From assembly GCA_963761335.1 (NCBI GenBank), contig CAVXGR010000018.1:672001-736000 (forward strand): a DNA stretch of 64,000 nucleotides, in the 5' to 3' direction. Position 1 is the stretch's first letter; the number at the start of each line of letters is the position of its first letter. The notes beneath the pieces were generated by a model. The model was not told where the DNA came from and searched no databases. It was given only the letters and a program-made list of their open reading frames with translations. This document shows, piece after piece, positions 59,427 through 64,000 of this stretch. Origin of the DNA: an uncultured delta proteobacterium (GTDB lineage Bacteria > Desulfobacterota > Binatia > HRBIN30 > BPIQ01). The translations under genes and the position numbers were made by a program.

Positions 59427-62400
59427 TTGCTCAATCGGCGGTGTGGTATGGGGTTTTCTCGAAATATGAGAGGTGGGTGGTGGGCGGCCGCGGCCGTTTG
59501 TGGGTGTCTTCTCGGCTTGGTAGCGCCGCTTTGGGCGGCGGAGGTCGATGTGGCCCTCAGCGGACAGGCGACGCAGTCGAGCACGGGTTACGGCGGCGAG
59601 GCCACGCGGGCCATCGACGGCGTCGTCGACGGCGCTTGGTCGTCGAGCTCGGTGACCCACACCTTCTCTGACCAGAACGCCTGGTGGGAGGTCGATCTTG
59701 GCGGCGCCGTGACCATCGACCGCATCGACGTATGGCCGCGCACGGACTGCTGCCAGGATCGTCTCCGCGATTTCTATGTCTTCGTCTCGGACGTGCCGTT
59801 CGCGTCGACGGATCCGTCGGCGACCCAGCAGCAGACCGGCGTCTCGAGCTACGTCGTTTCCGGCGTGGCAAGCGGCCTCCGCAGCGTCGCCGTGAATCGG
59901 ACTGGTCGCTATGTGCGCGTCCAGCTGAGCACCACGGATTACCTCTCTCTGGCCGAGGTGCAGGTGTGGGAGACGACCCCGACGCCGACTCCGGAGGGAG
60001 GCGGCAGCGGCAATCTCGCGCTCGGCAAGAACGCGAGCCAGTCGAGCAGCCCGTTCGGGGCGCCCGCGGCGCTGGCCGTCGACGGCAACCGCAGCGGCGA
60101 CTGGGCGGACGGCTCCGTCACCCATACCGGCTTCGAGCCGCAGGCCTGGTGGCAGCTGGATCTCGGCGCCGTTGATTCGCTCGGCGCGGTGGACATCTGG
60201 CCACGCACGGACTGCTGTCAGGGCCGTCTCCGCGACTTCTACGTGCTCGTGTCGGATGAGCCGTTCGTCTCCACCGATCTGAACGCGGTGCTGGCGCAGC
60301 CGGGAGTGAGTAGCTTCTTCGTTTCCGGGATTGCCTCGTCTCGCACTACCGTGCCGCTGGGCCGCAGCGGTCGCCACCTGCGCGTGCAGCTGAGCGGCAG
60401 CGACTACCTCTCGCTTGCCGAGGTTGAGGTATGGCCGGCACTCGGGGCGCCGGCGACGCCGAGCCCGACTCCGAGCCCGGCGGCGGCCGATACGCCGACG
60501 GTGCCTGCCGGCGCCCAGGGAAACCTGGCGTTCGGCGCCGCCGCGACGCAATCGAGTAGTCCCTTCGACGCCCCCGCCGGGCGGGCCGTGGACGGCGACA
60601 CCGATGGCCAGTGGGCGAATGCCTCGGTGACCCACACCGACTTCGATCCGCAGGCGTGGTGGCAGGTCGATCTCGGTGCCGTGCGCGCTATCGGTGCCGT
60701 CGACGTCTGGCCGCGCACCGACTGCTGCCAGGACCGACTCCGCGACTTCTATGTGCTGGTCTCCAGCGATCCGTTCGTCTCCACCGATCTGAATGCGGTG
60801 CTGGGGCAGCCGGGAGTGAGCAGCTTCTTCGTCTCCGGCGTGGCCGCCGCCCGCACCACCATCCCCTTCGGCGGCAGCGGCCGCTACGTGCGCGTGCAGC
60901 TGACGGGCCAGAACTATCTGTCGCTCGCCGAGGTCGAGGTCTGGGACCCGAGCGTTCTGCCGCCGACGGCGACGCCATCGGCGAGCCACACGGCCACGCC
61001 GACCGCCACCGAGCCGCCGACTTTCACGGCGACGGCAACGGCCACCTCCACCGTCACCTGGACGCCGACTGCGGCCTTCACCTCGACGGTTACGGGCACG
61101 CCGACGCGGACGCCGACGGTCACCGCGACCGGGACGAGGACGCGCACGCCGACGCGCACCGGCACGCCGACGCGCACGGCGACGTCGACGCGAACCCCGA
61201 CGCTGACGCGCACGCCGACGTGGACGATCTCGCCGACGCCGACGCGGACACCGACGATCACGCAAACCGTAGCGGCGAGCCCGACGCCGACGTGGACGGT
61301 CACGCCCACCTGCGCCGCGGGTCTGCAGTGGGATCTGTCGACGCCGCAGGTGATCGCCAGTCAGCCGGGAGGCGAGGTGTGGCTCACCAAGGCCATCGCC
61401 ACTGAGTCCGGCTGGGGCGTCTTCTGGCTGCGCTCTGATCCGGAGGCACCCTCGGAGGCGCGCGTCTACTATGCCCACGTCGACTTCGCCGGCGGCATCG
61501 ACGTCGGGCCCATGTTGCTGGTCGGCGTACCCCGCATTCCCTGGCGCGGCCGCTACTACAACGTCGCCTGGAATGGCGACCACTACGGCTTGATCACCGC
61601 GGACCAGAGCACCCTGTACTATTACAACCTCTCCTTCGACGGATTGCTCAGCGGCAAGAGAAGCGTCGGCCCGCGCCTGTTCATCTCCGACGTCTACGAC
61701 CAGGAAGCGGACAGCGACTTCAAGGCCTACTCCGGCGGCTGGGTCGGCGTCATCGAGGGCGACTGTCTGGGCCACTCCTGCGCCTACGCCTTCCGTCTCC
61801 TCAGTGACGGTACGCCTTCGGGCTCGATCTACGACCTCGTGGACGCCGATCTGACGCACCAGTTCTGGCCGCGGGTGGCCTTCGACGGCGCCGGGATGAC
61901 GGTGATCAGCGTCAAGGACATCGACATCTACAACGGCGGCGTGGTCACCAAGTACTTCCACGCTCCGTGGTCCTCGCCCGACACGCGCTACAAGGTGGTG
62001 CCGCGCAAGGAGTACCTCTGGGACGAGTATCCGGAGATCGCCTGGAACGGCGACCACTACGGGGCGATCTGGACGGAGGTGACGCAGCGGCCCAACTCGA
62101 GCAAGCCGCCGGTCTCGTGGCAGATCCATTTCGCCACCTTCCACCGCGGCTGGCAGAGCGGCAGCACCATCGCCGATCGCGTCATCAGCGTCACCACCGA
62201 CAAGTCGCCGTTCCGCTGGAACAAGCGCATCCACGCTCTCGGCACCGACTGGCTGGTGCACTACTCCGAGTGGCAGGAGAACGCCGAGCCGCTGGCGGTG
62301 TTCGAGCTGCTCGATAGCCAGGGCAATACGCTGGCGCGGATGACGCCGTACACACTGTCCGCCGACGCTCTGGGCTCGGACATCAATTACTCCGGACCGG

Positions 62401-62492
62401 TGGCGGGCCGCCTCGGAATCGCCAAGGGCGACATGCGCGACGGTGTCAGCACGATCACATTCCAGACGCTCGACCCGCCCGTGTGCCGCTGA
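59427..62492 (+). CDS. Secreted protein with three F-type lectin domains, long Thr/Pro linker and a C-terminal beta-propeller-like domain
   Basis: Signal peptide ending APLWA; H-x26-RTD-x4-R in each unit; TPTRT linker; repeated AWNGDHYG; start may be 59448 or 59466. Confidence 0.85.
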   Translation: MLNRRCGMGFSRNMRGGWWAAAAVCGCLLGLVAPLWAAEVDVALSGQATQSSTGYGGEATRAIDGVVDGAWSSSSVTHTFSDQNAWWEVDLGGAVTIDRIDVWPRTDCCQDRLRDFYVFVSDVPFASTDPSATQQQTGVSSYVVSGVASGLRSVAVNRTGRYVRVQLSTTDYLSLAEVQVWETTPTPTPEGGGSGNLALGKNASQSSSPFGAPAALAVDGNRSGDWADGSVTHTGFEPQAWWQLDLGAVDSLGAVDIWPRTDCCQGRLRDFYVLVSDEPFVSTDLNAVLAQPGVSSFFVSGIASSRTTVPLGRSGRHLRVQLSGSDYLSLAEVEVWPALGAPATPSPTPSPAAADTPTVPAGAQGNLAFGAAATQSSSPFDAPAGRAVDGDTDGQWANASVTHTDFDPQAWWQVDLGAVRAIGAVDVWPRTDCCQDRLRDFYVLVSSDPFVSTDLNAVLGQPGVSSFFVSGVAAARTTIPFGGSGRYVRVQLTGQNYLSLAEVEVWDPSVLPPTATPSASHTATPTATEPPTFTATATATSTVTWTPTAAFTSTVTGTPTRTPTVTATGTRTRTPTRTGTPTRTATSTRTPTLTRTPTWTISPTPTRTPTITQTVAASPTPTWTVTPTCAAGLQWDLSTPQVIASQPGGEVWLTKAIATESGWGVFWLRSDPEAPSEARVYYAHVDFAGGIDVGPMLLVGVPRIPWRGRYYNVAWNGDHYGLITADQSTLYYYNLSFDGLLSGKRSVGPRLFISDVYDQEADSDFKAYSGGWVGVIEGDCLGHSCAYAFRLLSDGTPSGSIYDLVDADLTHQFWPRVAFDGAGMTVISVKDIDIYNGGVVTKYFHAPWSSPDTRYKVVPRKEYLWDEYPEIAWNGDHYGAIWTEVTQRPNSSKPPVSWQIHFATFHRGWQSGSTIADRVISVTTDKSPFRWNKRIHALGTDWLVHYSEWQENAEPLAVFELLDSQGNTLARMTPYTLSADALGSDINYSGPVAGRLGIAKGDMRDGVSTITFQTLDPPVCR

Positions 62493-62522
62493 GCGACTGC
62501 CGGTTGCGCTAATGGCGTCGCG

Positions 62523-63428
62523 GTGCCAGCCTGCGGGCTCGTGAAAGAGCCCGTATTTCCTGGAGCCCAGCCGCCGGCGCGCCACGCTGAGATCGAGTCG
62601 GCCGGTATTCGCCTGCACGCCCTCGAGTGGGGTGACCCCGGCGCTCCGCCGGTGCTCCTCTGCCACGGCATGTGGGACCATGCGCGCAGCTTCGCCGTGC
62701 TGGGGCCGCTGCTGGCGCGGCGCTTCCGGGTGGTGGCGCTCGACGCGCGCGGTCACGGCGAGTCCGCATGGGCGGACGAGTACAGCTGGCTGACCGACGT
62801 CCTCGACATCGTCAACGCGCTCCGCTGGCTCGGGCGTCCGGCGCACGTCGTCGGCCACAGCAAGGGAGGCGGGCAGGCGACCGATGCCGCTTCGGCGGCG
62901 CCCCACCTGGTGCGCAAGCTGGTCAACATCGACGGCTTTGGCCCGCCACCCCTGCCGCCGCCGGAGAAGCCGCTGCCGGAGCTGTTCGCCGACTATCTCG
63001 ACCACCGGCGGCGGGTGTACGAGCGCGGCGCCTGGCGCGCCTATGACAGCTTCGAGGATCTGGTCGAGCGCCGCCGCGCTCAGAATCCGCGCCTCGCCCG
63101 TGAGTGGCTGCGCTACTTCCTCTTCTACGCGGCGCGCCAGGACGAGGACGGCTGGCGATGGAGGGCGGACCCCTCGATGATCCACGGCTTCGGCCCCTGG
63201 CAGCCCGATTGGATCGGAACGTCGTATGCCGCTCTGCGGGTGCCGATGCTGGCGGTGATCGGTTCCGAGGCGGATACCTGGGGACCGCTGCCGGAAAAGG
63301 TTCTCGCCGAACGACTGGCGCACGTCGCCGATCTCCACCGGGTCACCGTGCGCGGCACCGGCCACTTCGTGCACATGGAGAATCCCGAGCAGACGGCGGC
63401 GGTGCTTCTCGACTTCCTGGAGAGCTGA
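62523..63428 (+). CDS. Alpha/beta fold hydrolase
   Basis: HGMWD, DARGHGES, GHSKGG nucleophile elbow, TGHFVHME. Confidence 0.9.
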   Translation: MPACGLVKEPVFPGAQPPARHAEIESAGIRLHALEWGDPGAPPVLLCHGMWDHARSFAVLGPLLARRFRVVALDARGHGESAWADEYSWLTDVLDIVNALRWLGRPAHVVGHSKGGGQATDAASAAPHLVRKLVNIDGFGPPPLPPPEKPLPELFADYLDHRRRVYERGAWRAYDSFEDLVERRRAQNPRLAREWLRYFLFYAARQDEDGWRWRADPSMIHGFGPWQPDWIGTSYAALRVPMLAVIGSEADTWGPLPEKVLAERLAHVADLHRVTVRGTGHFVHMENPEQTAAVLLDFLES

Positions 63429-64000
63429 TGCGGCTGCGCAGCGGTAGACTCGAGCTCGAGCTGCACGAATGGGGCGGCAGCGGCGCGGCGCCGCCGTTGC
63501 TTCTGCTGCACTCGCTGTACGGATCGGCGGACGAGTGGGGAGAGCTGCCGGCGGCCTGGCCGGGGGCCGTGTACGGCCTGGACTTCAGCGGTCACGGCGC
63601 CTCTGCCTGGAGCAGCGGCGGCGCTTATTGCCCGGAGCTCTTCGCCTGCGAGGCAGAGGCGGCGCTCGAGCATCTCGGTCAGGCGGTCCTCGCCGGGCGC
63701 GGCATCGGCGCCTACGTGGCCCTGCTGCTCGCCGGGGGCCGCAGCGCCCAGGTGCCGGCGGCAGTGCTCCTGCCGGGGGTGGGTCTCGCCGGCGGTGGCG
63801 CCGCCCCCAGCGCGTTGCATCGCCTTCCGCTGCTGGGTGTTTCCGAGACTCGAGAGAGCGGCGCCGCTTGCGATCCGTACGTGCGGGCCCTCGATTTCGA
63901 TATCCGCCCGGTCGACTATGCCTTGGCGTTCGCCGGCGCGGCGCGGCGGCTGATCCTCCTCGACGACGGCGCTCCGAAGCCGCCCTGGTGGGAAGCGGTG
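63428..64000 (+). CDS. Alpha/beta hydrolase-fold protein lacking the catalytic Ser (truncated by window end)
   Basis: TGATG overlap with the previous gene; MRLRSGRLELELHEWG...LLLLHSLYG...LDFSGHGAS...LAGRGIGAYVALL; not in the ORF track. Confidence 0.8.
   Translation, partial: MRLRSGRLELELHEWGGSGAAPPLLLLHSLYGSADEWGELPAAWPGAVYGLDFSGHGASAWSSGGAYCPELFACEAEAALEHLGQAVLAGRGIGAYVALLLAGGRSAQVPAAVLLPGVGLAGGGAAPSALHRLPLLGVSETRESGAACDPYVRALDFDIRPVDYALAFAGAARRLILLDDGAPKPPWWEAV

Noticed and set aside
59411..59671. Strong GGAGG + ATG at 59420, out of frame with the lectin gene (possible frameshift or uORF)
   Set aside because: In-frame starts (59427, 59448, 59466) already give a normal signal peptide and the out-of-frame product has no recognisable features; it cannot be excluded without read or ribosome data
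59193..63374. 1393-aa minus-strand ORF, and similar long shadow ORFs (55777-58950 +, 45726-48908 -, 25168-27999 -, 25350-28310 +, 35531-37807 -)
   Set aside because: Arg/Gly/Ala-rich with no domain motifs, and they overlap well-supported genes; expected in high-GC DNA where alternative frames have few stops

Overview
High-GC bacterial chromosomal window carrying about 47 protein-coding genes. It contains no rRNA, tRNA, CRISPR array or transposase that I can recognise. The secreted Thr/Pro-linker proteins, Cys-rich myxobacterial-type repeats and a MYXO-CTERM-like anchor suggest a Myxococcota/Binatia-like deltaproteobacterium, but that is inference only. Most genes are metabolic or housekeeping: GMC oxidoreductase, ALDH, SDRs, ArfB, Lhr, PPi-PFK, YegD-like Hsp70, acyl-CoA dehydrogenase, GH2, a GH15-like enzyme and a class A PBP-like protein. 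The most notable observations are: (1) a lipoprotein esterase whose alpha/beta-hydrolase motifs occur in circularly permuted order (45750-47432); (2) a four-gene zinc-ribbon-PspC / ECF sigma / ZAS anti-sigma / zinc-ribbon-PspC module with a SigW-like promoter (22009-23760); (3) a degenerate VIT protein without a vWA domain, upstream of an OmpR-family two-component system, with an 11-bp-periodic box; (4) two multi-F-type-lectin surface proteins, one divergent from a TPR-beta-barrel + FecR pair; (5) a T9 homopolymer frameshift in a flippase-like/methyltransferase fusion; (6) several families of REP-like palindromes, some nested and one read in frame inside Lhr; (7) a probable assembly chimera with a G30 run at 42.2-43.1 kb. 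All calls come from reading motifs by eye; no database searches were run, and several start codons were reassigned from the ORF track.
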